Shown here: positions 30,630-40,972 of the stretch, in pieces
Position numbering within the stretch: the stretch's first letter is position 1
Layout of the letters: each line of letters opens with the position of its first letter
Source of the DNA: an uncultured delta proteobacterium
Lineage (GTDB): Bacteria; Desulfobacterota; Zymogenia; Zymogenales; Zymogenaceae
Direction: 5' to 3'
NCBI GenBank assembly: GCA_963735595.1
Contig: CAVTLK010000002.1
Location: 795,420-859,419, forward strand
Length of the DNA stretch: 64,000 nt
Program-made: the position numbers and the translations under genes
Notes under the pieces: model-generated
What the model was told of the DNA's origin: nothing
Seen by the model: only the letters and a program-made list of their open reading frames with translations
Database searches by the model: none

Positions 30630-31947
30630 ATGATGGTATCACCGGCAGATGAGGGGCCCAAACGCCCCCTGTTGGTCGTCATCCCGGCCTCATCCGGTGA
30701 GATGACGGCCCACCTACCACCCGCGTATCTGCGCCCGGTCATGGGCAGGCCGCAGCTCGGGCACCTGCTTGACGCCGTACTTACGCTTGCCCCCGAAGGT
30801 ATTATCGTCTTCGTGTACGGCGCCGATGAAAAGACGGTGGCCGAGGTGCGGGCGCTGATGCCCCACAGGGGATCGGTCGTGGCCGATTCGGGCGATGCCG
30901 GCGCCTTCATCGACCGTATGCTCGCTCATCTCCGGGGACACCCCGGGGATATCCTTTTTGTCTCGGCGACCGCGGCGCCGCTCTCGGCCGCGTTCCTCCG
31001 CGATCTTATCGACGACTACCATCGTAATCAAAACGTCCCGTGCGCCGTTTCCGGCCGCGCGAAAGGCGGAATGAGCACAATGCGGCTCTTTATAGCGGAG
31101 GCGTCAGCAATTGGGGCACTGGGGGGGATAAAGGGGCAGTCGGGTGATCGGGACGAGCCCTTTGCAGATCGGGTCTTCGAACTCCTGGATCGCGGGAAGG
31201 GCGCGAGGGATTACGCCGGAGACCGGAACCGCCTGCCGGGAGACATAACGGTTCCGCGGGACTTTGCGGCTGCGGCGCGTATCGTTCGCGGGTCTGTCGT
31301 CGAGCGCCTGATGGACGGGGGGGTGACGATCATCGACCCGGAGCGGACCTACGTGGACTGGGGCGTCACGGTTGGTTCGGGCACGACGCCTGTCTCCCGA
31401 TACGTACCTGGAGGGCGCCACGACCGTCGGCGCCGGCTGCGTCATCGAGCCCACCGTGAAGATCACCAACTCCGAGATAGGGGACGACGTTACCGTGAAG
31501 ATGTGCTCGGTCATCACCGAGAGCGTCGTCGAATCGGGGGTGCAGATCGGTCCGTTTGCCCATATCAGGCCCAAGACCCGGTTGGGCCGTGACGTCAAGA
31601 TCGGCAACTTCGTCGAGGTAAAAAAGTCGACGATCGGCAGAGGTTCCAAGGCAAACCACCTCAGCTATCTGGGCGACGCCCGGATCGGCACAGACGTCAA
31701 CGTGGGCGCCGGGACCATTACCTGCAACTACGACGGGATTGATAAACACGTAACCACTATCGGCGACGGTGTCTTTATCGGCTCGGACACCCAGTTTATC
31801 GCGCCGGTCTCGGTAGGGGACAATGCCCTTATCGGCGCCGGGTCCACCATCACCAAAGACGTCCCTTCCGATTCCCTTGCGGTGGCCAGATCAAAACAGG
31901 TCACTATCCCCGGCAAAGGCGTTAAATCTCGAAAACAGCATACGTAA
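30630..31947 (+). CDS. glmU: GlmU-like protein: degenerate uridyltransferase domain, intact acetyltransferase domain (frameshift near 31390)
   Basis: [47 protein letters not shown]; directly upstream of glmS. Confidence 0.85.
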
Positions 31948-31960
31948 CGAGGAATCGATT

Positions 31961-33797
31961 ATGTGCGGAATAGTCGGGTACATCGGCCCGAAAAAGGTAA
32001 GCACGGTCCTGCTTGACGGGCTCAGGAGGCTTGAATACCGCGGATATGATTCGGCGGGGATAGCCGTTATTTCCGGCGACTCGGTGACCATCAGGCGAAG
32101 CAAAGGTAAGCTCTCGGTCCTCGAGGCTATAATCTCCCAGGAGTCGCTGGACGGCTCCGTGGGGATCGGCCACACCCGCTGGGCCACTCACGGCAAGCCG
32201 TCGGACGAAAACGCCCATCCCCATAAGGCGGGGACGATCGTGGTCGTCCATAACGGGATCGTCGAAAACTACCTCGAGCTCAAAGATATGCTTATCGACG
32301 AGGGGCATACGTTCACCTCCGAGACCGACACCGAGGTCATCAGCCACCTCATCTGGCGCTTCATCAAGGATGACTGTTCCTTTCGGGACGCGGTGCTTTC
32401 GGCGCTCAAGATGATCAAGGGATCGTATGCGCTCGGCATTCTTAAGGAAGACGAGCCGGGCACGCTTGATGGCCGCACGCTTCGAGAGCCCCCTCATCCT
32501 CGGCCTTGGGGACGGTGAATTTTTCGTCGCCTCTGATATCCCGGCGGTCATCAACCATACGCGGGATATCGTTATCCTGGATGACGGAGAGGTCGTGGAG
32601 TACAAGGACGGCACGCTCACGGTGATGGATCTTGCGGGAGCGGTACGCGACCAAAGCCGGTCAGGCGTATCGACTGGAGCCCCGTCATGGCCGAGAAGGG
32701 GCGGCTATAAGCACTTCATGCTCAAGGAGATATTCGAGCAGCCGCAGGGGATCATCGATACGATGCGGGGGAGAATCTCCGAGGATCGGGGCGAGATAGC
32801 CCTGCCGGAGCTCAACCTCACCAGGGAAATCATCGAGCGCATCGACAAGATCGTCATCGTGGCGTGCGGTACGTCGTGGCACGCCGGGTTGGTCGGTAAG
32901 TTCATGATCGAGCAGACTAGCCCGCGTTCCCGTGGAGGTGGAGCTGGGCAGTGAGTTCCGCTATCGCGACCCGATCATCGGAGAAAGGACCCTCATCATC
33001 GGGATTACCCAGTCCGGAGAGACGGCCGATACGCTTGCGGCGATGAAGGAAGGAAAGGAGAAGGGGGCGGCCGTCGTTTCCATCTGCAACGTCGTGGAGT
33101 CGAGCGCCGCGAGGGCCTCCTCGGGGGTCCTCTATACCCACGCGGGCCCGGAGATCGGCGTCGCGTCCACCAAGGCCTTTACGACGCAGCTGACCTCGCT
33201 CTACCTGATCGCCCTCTACATCGCCCAGACGCTTCAGAGGATATCTCCCTCCGAGATGAAGCGCCGTTTGATGGACTTCGTGGCGCTGCCGGGCTGCGTG
33301 GATCAGGTCCTTTCGATGACAACGATTCCATCCGGGCGCTCGCCCGCAAATATATGCATGCGAAGAATTTCCTCTACCTCGGCCGCGGGATCAACTATCC
33401 CATCGCGCTGGAGGGGGCGCTCAAGCTCAAGGAGATCTCTTATATCCACGCCGAGGGGTACCCCGCCGGCGAAATGAAACACGGGCCCATCGCCCTCATC
33501 GACGAGGAGATGCCGGTCGTGGTCACGGTGACCAAGAACAAGACCTACGAAAAGGTCCTCAGCAACGTCGAGGAGGTGAGGGCGCGCGGCGGCATGGTCA
33601 TCGCCGTGGCGACCGAGGGGGACGAAGAGATTACCAAGAAGGCCCAGGACGTCATCTATATTCCCGAGACGGACCCGATGGTGGCCCCGATCGTCCTGGT
33701 GGTGCCGCTCCAGCTATTGGCGTACCATGTGGCTGATCTCAAGGGGACGGACGTGGATCAACCGAGAAACCTGGCTAAAAGCGTGACCGTAGAATAG
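31961..33797 (+). CDS. glmS: Glutamine-fructose-6-phosphate aminotransferase (several frameshifts)
   Basis: [59 protein letters not shown]. Confidence 0.95.
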
Positions 33798-33885
33798 TGA
33801 TGAATGTCGGGGGTCATCCGGAGAGACCGGTTATGGAACCGGAATACTCTCCTGCTCTCTTTCAACCTATTGGTGGTTCTTCATA

Positions 33886-35238
33886 GTGGGCGGGTTAATA
33901 CGGTCCAGACTCAGTCGAATCGCCCCGATTCAATCGATAACGATCGGCTTCTTACTTATCGTCATTATCTCGACGTGCGTCCTTACCCTCCCTATTTCTA
34001 ACGCAGACGGTAATTTTCAGTCTTTCCTCGACGCCCTATTTACTATCACGTCGGCAATCAGTACGACCGGCCTGGTTGTCGTCGACACGGGAAGCTTCTA
34101 TTCGCTATTCGGCCAGATCATCGTCATTATTGTCGTTCAAATCGGCGGGCTCGGATACATGTCGATAATCGTGTATCTCTTCTTCGCTGCCGGAAAAAAA
34201 CCGTCTCTGACGGTCGGTATGACGCTGCGGGAATCGATGTCGGGCGTGTCGCTTCATAATTTCCGGGAATTTGCGCGAATTGTGATTATTTACACCCTTT
34301 TCTTTGAGATCATCGGGGCGGCGGTCCTTGCCTGCTACTGGATGGATACGTACCCGGTTGGCCGTTCAATTTATCTGGGCATATTCCACTCGATATCCGC
34401 TTTCTGCACCGCGGGATTCGGGCTCTTTTCGGACAGCCTCGTATCGGGCAAAGAAAGCCCCTTGCTCAACATCACGGTCGATATCCTCAGCGTAGCAGGG
34501 GGGCTCGGTTTTTTCGTGCTCCACGATGTAGTCGCTTTCTTCAAACGGCCCAAAACCCCCGGCCAAAAAACGAGGCTGTCGACGCACACCAAACTCGTCT
34601 TATTCACCTCGCTGGTCCTGATGACGGTGGGCTCTATTCTCATCTTTATATCAGAAGGGGGAGGGGTATCGCGGTCGATAGTCGATCGAGTGCTCGATTC
34701 CACGTTCCAGGCGATCTCGGCCTCGACCACGACCGGGTTCAACACGATAGACATCGCTGTTATGACGAACGCGGGCCTTTTTGCCATCATCGTCCTCATG
34801 TTTATCGGCGCGTCGCCGGGCAGCACGGGCGGGGGGATCAAGACGACGACGTTCGGGGTTATATTCCTCAGCACGTTTGCGGTGCTCGGAAACAAGGAAA
34901 CGACGAATGTCTTCAGAAAGCAGGTGTCGCTCGAAATAGCGAAGAAATCATTCGCGATCATGTGCCTTGCCCTCTTCCTGGTAACGGCGGCGATGCAGAT
35001 TATGGTGCTGACCGAGAAGGCGACCTTTATGCAGGTATTCTTTGAGGTCGTCTCGGCGTTCGGAAACGTCGGGCTGTCGACGGGCATTACCGCCGGGCTT
35101 ACTTCGATCGGCAAGGTTGTCATCATTATCACGATGTTCATCGGGCGGGTAGGGCCCTGGGGTATCGGGCTATCCCTCCTCGGTCGGGTAAAGCCCGACC
35201 CCTACGCTTATCCCGAGGCGGAGATATTCGTCGGGTAG
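33886..35238 (+). CDS. TrkH/KtrB family potassium uptake membrane subunit (start uncertain)
   Basis: Four pore loops SAISTTGL, SAFCTAGF, TTTGF, SAFGNVGLS; GSTGGGIK. Confidence 0.9.
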   Translation: MGGLIRSRLSRIAPIQSITIGFLLIVIISTCVLTLPISNADGNFQSFLDALFTITSAISTTGLVVVDTGSFYSLFGQIIVIIVVQIGGLGYMSIIVYLFFAAGKKPSLTVGMTLRESMSGVSLHNFREFARIVIIYTLFFEIIGAAVLACYWMDTYPVGRSIYLGIFHSISAFCTAGFGLFSDSLVSGKESPLLNITVDILSVAGGLGFFVLHDVVAFFKRPKTPGQKTRLSTHTKLVLFTSLVLMTVGSILIFISEGGGVSRSIVDRVLDSTFQAISASTTTGFNTIDIAVMTNAGLFAIIVLMFIGASPGSTGGGIKTTTFGVIFLSTFAVLGNKETTNVFRKQVSLEIAKKSFAIMCLALFLVTAAMQIMVLTEKATFMQVFFEVVSAFGNVGLSTGITAGLTSIGKVVIIITMFIGRVGPWGIGLSLLGRVKPDPYAYPEAEIFVG

Positions 35239-35349
35239 GTCGCCGCGTCGCACGATAGTACGTCAGATTCACCAGGCGGGGTGAAAAAGGGCGTTTGGAG
35301 CGGAGGCAAATAGCGGGGAACGGTTGGTGTCCGCCGAAAGAAAAGATAT

Positions 35350-36714
35350 ATGTTAACCGTCTATCATAAGAAGAATCCCGCCCGGTTTATGCTGTCGGGG
35401 TTTCTTTTCATCATCCTGTGGGGGACGTTTGTCCTTCTGCTGCCGCAGTCGACGGTGACGGGCCACATCCCCTTTATCGACGCCCTGTTCACGGCCACGA
35501 GCGCCGTGTGCGTCACGGGGCTCACCACCGTGGATGTCGGCACTACCTTCACCCTGCTGGGACTGGTCACGATCCTCGTCCTCATCCAGCTGGGGGGCAT
35601 CGGGGTCGCCTTCTTCGGGATCCTGTTCGGCCTGGTCTTCACCGGGAGGATAAACGTCGGCCAGAAATCCCTCTTCTCATCGGCAATGACACCCCACGCC
35701 CAGTGGGATATCTGGGGGGTCTTTCGCGTCATCTTTCTGGTCACCATAACGGTAGAGCTGATCGGGGCGGCCATTATGGCGATCCCGATGATGAAGGTCT
35801 CCGGCGGCGACCCGTTTCGGGCCTTTTACCACGGGCTTTTTCACTCCGTCTCCGCCTTCTGCAACGCGGGTTTTGCGCTGATGCCCGACAACTTCGTCTC
35901 GTTCAGGGGGGAGCCGCTGGTCATCATCCCGGTCATGTGCCTCATCGTGATCGGGGGCATCGGTTTTTTCGTGATCGACGAGCTGCTGCAGATGGTACGG
36001 TCCCGGCGGCGCCACACCCTCAGCCTCCACTCGAAGATCGTGCTGACCACGACGGCCCTGCTGATTGCCGTCGGCGCGGTCGTCATCGGTTTCTTCGAGT
36101 TTCGCAACACCTTTGCCGGGGAGAAGACGGGACTGCTGGTCATGGACTGCCTTTTTTATTCCATTACGCCGCGGACCGCCGGCTTCAATACCGTCAACGT
36201 GGCCGATATGCTCAACCCGAGCATCCTGATTATCGTCATCCTCATGTTTATCGGGGCCTCCCCGGCCTCCACCGGCGGGGGGGTAAAGACGACTACGTTT
36301 TCGGTCATCATGCTGCTGATCCGGTCGCAGTTTCGGGGCAGCGAGGCCGTATCGGCCTTCAAGAGGACGATCCCGTCCAACACGGTGCTGCAGGCGCACA
36401 TCATCATGGCCCTTTCAACCGCGCTCGTTATTATCATGACAGTGCTCGTGCTCTCGTTTGATCTTGTGGGGGCGCCGGCAAAGATTACCGGCCGGGGGGT
36501 ATTCGTTTCGAGCCTCTTCGAGACGGTCTCGGCCTTCGGGACGGTGGGACTCTCGCTGGGGATTACCCCGTACTTGAGCTGGCCGGGGAAATTTTTCATC
36601 ACCGTGACGATGTTCATCGGCCGGGTAGGGCCGCTGACGATGCTCTTGGCGATGCGGAAACGGGCGGGGTCGGTAAATTATGCGTATTCCGAAGAAAACC
36701 TCATGGTGGGATAG
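35350..36714 (+). CDS. ktrB: TrkH/KtrB family potassium uptake membrane subunit
   Basis: SAVCVTGL, SAFCNAGF, PRTAGF, STGGGVK, SAFGTVGLSLG. Confidence 0.9.
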   Translation: MLTVYHKKNPARFMLSGFLFIILWGTFVLLLPQSTVTGHIPFIDALFTATSAVCVTGLTTVDVGTTFTLLGLVTILVLIQLGGIGVAFFGILFGLVFTGRINVGQKSLFSSAMTPHAQWDIWGVFRVIFLVTITVELIGAAIMAIPMMKVSGGDPFRAFYHGLFHSVSAFCNAGFALMPDNFVSFRGEPLVIIPVMCLIVIGGIGFFVIDELLQMVRSRRRHTLSLHSKIVLTTTALLIAVGAVVIGFFEFRNTFAGEKTGLLVMDCLFYSITPRTAGFNTVNVADMLNPSILIIVILMFIGASPASTGGGVKTTTFSVIMLLIRSQFRGSEAVSAFKRTIPSNTVLQAHIIMALSTALVIIMTVLVLSFDLVGAPAKITGRGVFVSSLFETVSAFGTVGLSLGITPYLSWPGKFFITVTMFIGRVGPLTMLLAMRKRAGSVNYAYSEENLMVG

Positions 36715-36722
36715 GAGGAGCT

Positions 36723-37379
36723 ATGAGAAGCTTTGCGGTCATCGGGTTGGGGAAATTCGGCTTCAACGTAGCCAAGACCCTCTACGAGCTGGGGCAGGAG
36801 GTCACGGCCATCGACGAGGATAAGGAGATCGTCCAGAGGATACAGGAGTTCTCGACCCAGGCGGTGGTCACCGATGCGACCCTCTCGGAAAACCTCCTGG
36901 CGCTGGGCGTCAACAACGTGGACGTGGCGGTGGTCAGCATGGGCGAGAAAATGGACTCGTCTATTCTCATCGCGCTCCACCTCAAGGAGATGGGGGTGCC
37001 GGAGATCTGGGTCAAGGCCATCAACGAGGACCACGGCAAGATCCTCAAGCGCCTCGGGGTCACCGAGATCATCCACGTGGAAAAAGAGATGGCCCAGCGG
37101 ATCGCCCAGAGCCTGTCGCGTCCCAACGTCATAGATTACCTGCCTATCTCGGAAGGATACAGCATCCAGGAATTCGCGGTGCCGGCGGTGTTTACCGGAA
37201 AGAGCCTGGCCGAGCTTGACCTGAGGCGCAAGTACGGGGTCGTTGTGATAGCCGTCAAGGAACTGATCCCCGAGCGGGTCGTGCTGAATCCGGAGGCGGA
37301 TTTCGTCTTTAAAGACAGTGACATCATGGTAATCCTCGGCAGCGATGTGGATTTGGATAAGCTCAAGGCCGTGAAATAG
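36723..37379 (+). CDS. ktrA: KtrA/TrkA RCK regulatory subunit
   Basis: FAVIGLGKFG Rossmann motif; TrkA-C segment GKSLAELDLRRKYGV. Confidence 0.9.
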   Translation: MRSFAVIGLGKFGFNVAKTLYELGQEVTAIDEDKEIVQRIQEFSTQAVVTDATLSENLLALGVNNVDVAVVSMGEKMDSSILIALHLKEMGVPEIWVKAINEDHGKILKRLGVTEIIHVEKEMAQRIAQSLSRPNVIDYLPISEGYSIQEFAVPAVFTGKSLAELDLRRKYGVVVIAVKELIPERVVLNPEADFVFKDSDIMVILGSDVDLDKLKAVK

Positions 37380-37434
37380 GAACCGGGCGCCGCCCCTGTT
37401 ACCGGCCCGTACCGAACGGACACCCTACCCCATA

Positions 37435-39606
37435 ATGGAAAAGAGCGAGATTCTCAAACGGCTCAACGACGAGCAGCGGCAGGTCGTCACCACAACCTCC
37501 GGTCCCATCCTGGTCCTGGCGGGCGCGGGCAGCGGGAAGACGCGGGTCCTCACGCACAGGATCGCCTACCTCGTCTCCGAGGGGATATCCACCGACCGAA
37601 TCCTTGCCGTCACCTTTACCAACAAGGCGGCACGGCAGATGAAGGAGCGGATATCCCGGCTCCTTTCGGTCGACTGTGACCTGCCCTGGATCACCACCTT
37701 TCACTCGGCCTGCTTGAGGGTATTGCGGAGACAGGCGCGGCACATCGGCTACGACACGCACTTTGCCATCTACGACGAGTCCGATCAGGTTTCGGTAATT
37801 AAGGGCGTCCTCAAGCACCTCGGCGTCACCGACAAGGCCATAAGCCCCCAAACGGCCCTCTACTTCATCGAGCGGGCCAAGAACCGCCTGATCTCGCCCG
37901 AGCGCTTTGAGCGCGAAGCCTCCGACCCGTTCTTGTCCAAGATCGCCAGAATCTACGGCCGGTACCAGAATGATCTTAGAAAGAACGGCGCCATGGACTT
38001 TGCAGACCTCATCATGCAGACGGTGCGTCTTTTTGAGGAGGCTCCGCGGGTTCTGGCGGACTACGAGGATCGATTCATCCACGTCCTCGTAGACGAATAC
38101 CAGGATACCAATACGGCACAGTACCGCCTGATACGGCACCTCACGGAGCGCAGGAAAAACCTCTGCGTCGTGGGGGACGACGACCAATCGATTTACCGGT
38201 GGCGGGGGGCCGACCTCGGCAATATCCTTGAGTTCGAGCGCGATTTCCCCGAGACGACGGTGGTCGTGCTCGGGAAAAACTACCGCTCGTCCAAGAATAT
38301 CCTGGGAGCGGCCGGCTCGGTGGTTCGAAACAACATCGGGAGAAAGGAGAAACGGCTCTGGACCGATAACGAGCAGGGAGAAAAGCTCATCTTCTTTGAG
38401 GCAAGCGACGAGCACGAGGAGGCGCGCTACGTCATCAGGTCGATAAAGGACCTCATGGCCCGCCACGAATACCGGCCGGCGGATTTTGCCGTGTTCTTTC
38501 GCACGAACGCCCAATCGCGCACCTTTGAGGATGAGCTTATCAGGCAGAGCGTGGGGTACCAGATCATCGGCGGTATGCGGTTCTATGACCGGATGGAGAT
38601 CAAAGACGCCATGGCTTACCTGCGCTCGGCCGTCATGCCGAACGACTCGGTAAGCCTTACCCGGATCATCAATACCCCTCCCCGCGGCATCGGGGATAAA
38701 ACCATCGAGACGATCCGGGACCTCGCGTCCAAACGAGACATCGATTTTCACCGGGCGGCGGGCCTTCTTGTTGAAGAGGGGGGCGCCGCGCCGAAGGCCG
38801 CCAAGGGGATCGCGTCGATAATGGATATCCTGGGGGCAATCGGAAGCGAATCGGCGATCGTCGGGGCCGCCAGGAAGGCGGTTATAGACTCCGGGCTGCT
38901 GGCATACTGGCAGTCGATGAAGACCGAGGAGGCCCAGGCAAGGGTGGAGAACCTCGAGGAATTCATGTCGGCGGTTGCCGAATTCGAGCGGGCAAACCCG
39001 AGCGGCGGCGTAACCGATTTTCTGGATCAGGTGGCGCTCGTCTCCGACGTGGACGCAATGGATGACGCCTCCGCGACGGTGTCGCTGTTGACCTTTCACA
39101 GCGCCAAGGGGCTCGAGTTCCCGGTGGTCTTCATGGTGGGGATGGAGGAGGGCCTCTTCCCGCACCAGCGCTCGATGGATGCCGCCGAGGATATCGAAGA
39201 GGAGCGCCGGCTCTGTTACGTGGGGATGACCAGGGCGAAGGAACGGCTCACGCTGACCTCAGCTAGGAACCGCACGGTATTCGGGCAGGAGCGGATCTCC
39301 GCCCCGTCCCGATTCATCAGTGAGATAGATACCGCGTATATAACGATGGAAAGGAAGCTCGTCCATCTGGATACCGGACACCGGCTGGACCGAACATACG
39401 CCCAGCGCGAGCCGGAGCTGGACGATTACTTCGACGATGGGGCCTCTCCGTTCCGGCCGGGGGTCCGGATACGCCATCCCGAGTTCGGCGTCGGGGTGAT
39501 CAAGGGAGTGGAGGAATCGGGGGGAAGGTACAAGCTCTCGGTACTCTTTTCCGGCCTGGGGATCAAGAAGGTTATCACCGGCTATGTGCCGATCGAAATC
39601 GTGTAA
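37435..39606 (+). CDS. pcrA: ATP-dependent DNA helicase PcrA/UvrD
   Basis: AGAGSGKT, TFTNKAA, VDEYQDTN, VGDDDQSIY, HSAKGLEF, EERRLCYVGMTRA, HPEFGVG. Confidence 0.95.
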   Translation: MEKSEILKRLNDEQRQVVTTTSGPILVLAGAGSGKTRVLTHRIAYLVSEGISTDRILAVTFTNKAARQMKERISRLLSVDCDLPWITTFHSACLRVLRRQARHIGYDTHFAIYDESDQVSVIKGVLKHLGVTDKAISPQTALYFIERAKNRLISPERFEREASDPFLSKIARIYGRYQNDLRKNGAMDFADLIMQTVRLFEEAPRVLADYEDRFIHVLVDEYQDTNTAQYRLIRHLTERRKNLCVVGDDDQSIYRWRGADLGNILEFERDFPETTVVVLGKNYRSSKNILGAAGSVVRNNIGRKEKRLWTDNEQGEKLIFFEASDEHEEARYVIRSIKDLMARHEYRPADFAVFFRTNAQSRTFEDELIRQSVGYQIIGGMRFYDRMEIKDAMAYLRSAVMPNDSVSLTRIINTPPRGIGDKTIETIRDLASKRDIDFHRAAGLLVEEGGAAPKAAKGIASIMDILGAIGSESAIVGAARKAVIDSGLLAYWQSMKTEEAQARVENLEEFMSAVAEFERANPSGGVTDFLDQVALVSDVDAMDDASATVSLLTFHSAKGLEFPVVFMVGMEEGLFPHQRSMDAAEDIEEERRLCYVGMTRAKERLTLTSARNRTVFGQERISAPSRFISEIDTAYITMERKLVHLDTGHRLDRTYAQREPELDDYFDDGASPFRPGVRIRHPEFGVGVIKGVEESGGRYKLSVLFSGLGIKKVITGYVPIEIV

Positions 39607-39721
39607 AAGAAACAGGTAAATACTTTTTATTTTGACTTTTGAGGAAAAATCTCGTAATTTATATATGTTTGCGGTGGTATGTGCGGCGTTTTTGCCGCCG
39701 GGCTCCTGTGGGTAACGCGAG

Positions 39722-40282
39722 ATGGCAAAATTCATCAGGGTAAACTGCCCCAGCTCTTTGTGCGGGAAAGAGATATTTCTTGATCCTACCGAGGTTCCTC
39801 CGGAAGGCAAGAGCGTTATCTGCTCTGCCTGCGGCATATCGTTTAAAATTAAGCTTAGCAAGAAAATCGCCGAAAGGCAGGAGATCCGCGATCACGGCAC
39901 CCGGGGCCTGGTGGTTGTCCTCGAGGACTCGAGGTTTGCCCGAACCCAGATAGCGGATGCTCTCGCTCAGGAGGGGATCGAGATCGTAGAGGCCGAGACC
40001 GCCGAGGAAGGGCTCGAAAAGGTCATTGAGCTCAAGCCAAAGCTTGTCATCGTCGATATCTTTCTGGGCAGTGGAAACCCGAAGGGCCTGGACGTCATCA
40101 GGACTATCAGGAAGAGAACCGACGGCGAAATCCCCAAGGACATCAAGATCATCATGTATACGGTGATGTCAGAGGACAAGGTTCCGCTGGCAATCAGAAA
40201 GATGGCCGACGCCTTCATCCACAAGGGCCCCACCGCCCTCTACCACCTCGTTGAAGAAGTACTCAGGCTCCTGGCGGAGTAA
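39722..40282 (+). CDS. Response regulator with N-terminal zinc ribbon
   Basis: CPSSLC...CSAC followed by a receiver domain (LEDS, IVDIFL, HKG). Confidence 0.8.
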   Translation: MAKFIRVNCPSSLCGKEIFLDPTEVPPEGKSVICSACGISFKIKLSKKIAERQEIRDHGTRGLVVVLEDSRFARTQIADALAQEGIEIVEAETAEEGLEKVIELKPKLVIVDIFLGSGNPKGLDVIRTIRKRTDGEIPKDIKIIMYTVMSEDKVPLAIRKMADAFIHKGPTALYHLVEEVLRLLAE

Positions 40283-40403
40283 CAGCGCCCGAACGCGGTA
40301 AAAAACCGGCGCGGTTTCAGCGGGGCCGCGGCCGAACTTCCACCCGTCCCGGCAGCCGGCCGCTAAACCTGCAGCGGCCACTGCGCATATTCCGGATCCA
40401 TCA

Positions 40404-40832
40404 ATGGCGACTTCCGATTTACCACAGGACATAATCGTTCCGGTCTGCGCGGCTGCCGTCATTCGAGATGGCCGGGTGCTGGTCGGAAGAAGAAACCGAT
40501 CTGTTCGCGACCCGGGACGGTGGGAGCTGCCGGGGGGAAAGCTTCTTGCCGGTGAAGACCCGCGCGACTGTCTTTCCCGGGAGCTCTTCGAGGAATTCGG
40601 GGTGCGCTCACTGGTCGGCGACCTCTTTTCCGTTACGAATCATCACTACGAGCACCACAACATACTGCTGATGGTATACCGGGCGTCGATTCCCGGTGGG
40701 CCGTTATCCTCCTCCGATCACGACAGGCTCGTCTGGGCAGACCGGAACCAGCTGGCGGAGCTTGACTTTCTGGAGGCCGACAGGCCTGCCGTCGGGCAGC
40801 TCATAGACGAGCTGGGTCGCGGGGAGCCGTAA
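40404..40832 (+). CDS. MutT/NudG-like NUDIX hydrolase
   Basis: WELPGGKLLAGEDPRDCLSRELFEEFG Nudix box. Confidence 0.9.
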   Translation: MATSDLPQDIIVPVCAAAVIRDGRVLVGRRNRSVRDPGRWELPGGKLLAGEDPRDCLSRELFEEFGVRSLVGDLFSVTNHHYEHHNILLMVYRASIPGGPLSSSDHDRLVWADRNQLAELDFLEADRPAVGQLIDELGRGEP

Positions 40833-40972
40833 CATCGTACGATTTAGCGGGCGGCCGAAGGCAGGGCGGCCGGCCTATTTTGGGGAGGTATTCGGGGGGT
40901 GGCGAGTCGGCGGAACAGTCATGCCTGAGGGCCGGGCGGGACGCCGGAGAGATCGATCCGGGTTCTGTAATA

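Noticed and set aside
37399..39165. 588-aa minus-strand ORF and similar long antisense ORFs
   Set aside because: Shadow frames of high-GC genes such as pcrA, with no recognisable motifs.
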